A stretch of DNA of 64,000 nucleotides from an uncultured Gammaproteobacteria bacterium (GTDB lineage Bacteria; Patescibacteriota; Microgenomatia; UBA10105; UBA927), in assembly GCA_964445435.1 (NCBI GenBank), contig CAYUKU010000001.1:118942-182941 (forward strand), in the 5' to 3' direction. Both the position numbers and the translations under genes were made by a program. Shown here one piece after another: positions 63,874 to 64,000 of this stretch (position 1 is the first letter of the stretch; each line of letters begins with the position of its first letter). The notes beneath the pieces are model-generated. The model had not been told where the DNA came from and did no database searches. It saw only the letters and a list, made by a program, of their open reading frames with translations.

Positions 63874-64000
63874 TTATGCCCACACATTTTGTTTTATCCC
63901 CGAAACCGCCTCCCTGAGACGTTCGTTTGTGGACAACTCGCGCGTTATGGTTTCCACGCCATGCATGATCGTGGTATGATCGCGGCCACCGAGCGCACCG
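63874..64000 (-). CDS. dnaA: Chromosomal replication initiator protein DnaA, C-terminal 41 codons (5' part beyond window)
   Basis: Minus-strand frame from 63999 reads GALGGRDHTTIMHGVETITRELSTNERLREAVSGIKQNVWA-stop; GGRDHTT(V/I)xH is the DnaA domain IV signature; stop TAA at 63874-63876. Confidence 0.75.
   Translation of the reverse strand, partial: GALGGRDHTTIMHGVETITRELSTNERLREAVSGIKQNVWA

Noticed and set aside
1-64000. CRISPR arrays, transposases, integrases, phage genes
   Set aside because: No direct-repeat/spacer periodicity and no transposase or integrase-like ORFs seen; the repeated elements present are paralogous pilin genes and short hairpins.

Overview
This 64 kb window is a densely packed, mostly minus-strand bacterial chromosomal segment ending at the replication origin. 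A truncated dnaA and dnaN sit at the right edge, with DnaA boxes in between. The gene content fits a reduced-genome, possibly episymbiotic bacterium of the Patescibacteria/CPR type; that placement is an inference from content and is not proven. Evidence for it: an archaeal-type mevalonate operon (HMGR, HMG-CoA synthase, thiolase, a DUF35 OB-fold partner, two GHMP kinases, MDD) followed by uppS; short rpoD and dnaG; many small membrane proteins. I identified five tRNAs by hand: four tRNA-Ser isoacceptors covering all six Ser codons, and tRNA-Arg. A tmRNA appears to lie directly against smpB. Two separate filament systems are present. The first is a type IV pilus/T2SS-like module at the left end: PilB, PilC, two pseudopilins (one large, with LVIVD beta-propeller repeats), a 7TM sensor kinase and a CheY-like receiver. 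The second, the most striking content, is a dispersed conjugative-type T4SS-like system. It comprises a VirB4 ATPase, a VirD4/TraD-like coupling ATPase, a PrgI-like membrane protein with an unusually long C-terminal extension, an M23-peptidase cell-wall hydrolase, a VirB6/TrbL-like polytopic protein and eight paralogous VirB2/TrbC-like pilin genes (a tandem array of six plus a separate pair). Also associated are an ECF sigma/anti-sigma pair divergent from the pilin array, and a 1423-aa tail-anchored giant protein of unknown function. Other items: a compact 3-gene operon (MIO-type ammonia-lyase, PaaK/GH3-like adenylating enzyme, degenerate ThiF/E1-like protein), a cell-envelope glycosylation cluster (GT39-like glycosyltransferases plus an SGNH hydrolase), putative promoters, terminator hairpins and an inverted repeat in the T4SS divergent promoter region. 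No CRISPR array, transposase or integrase was seen.
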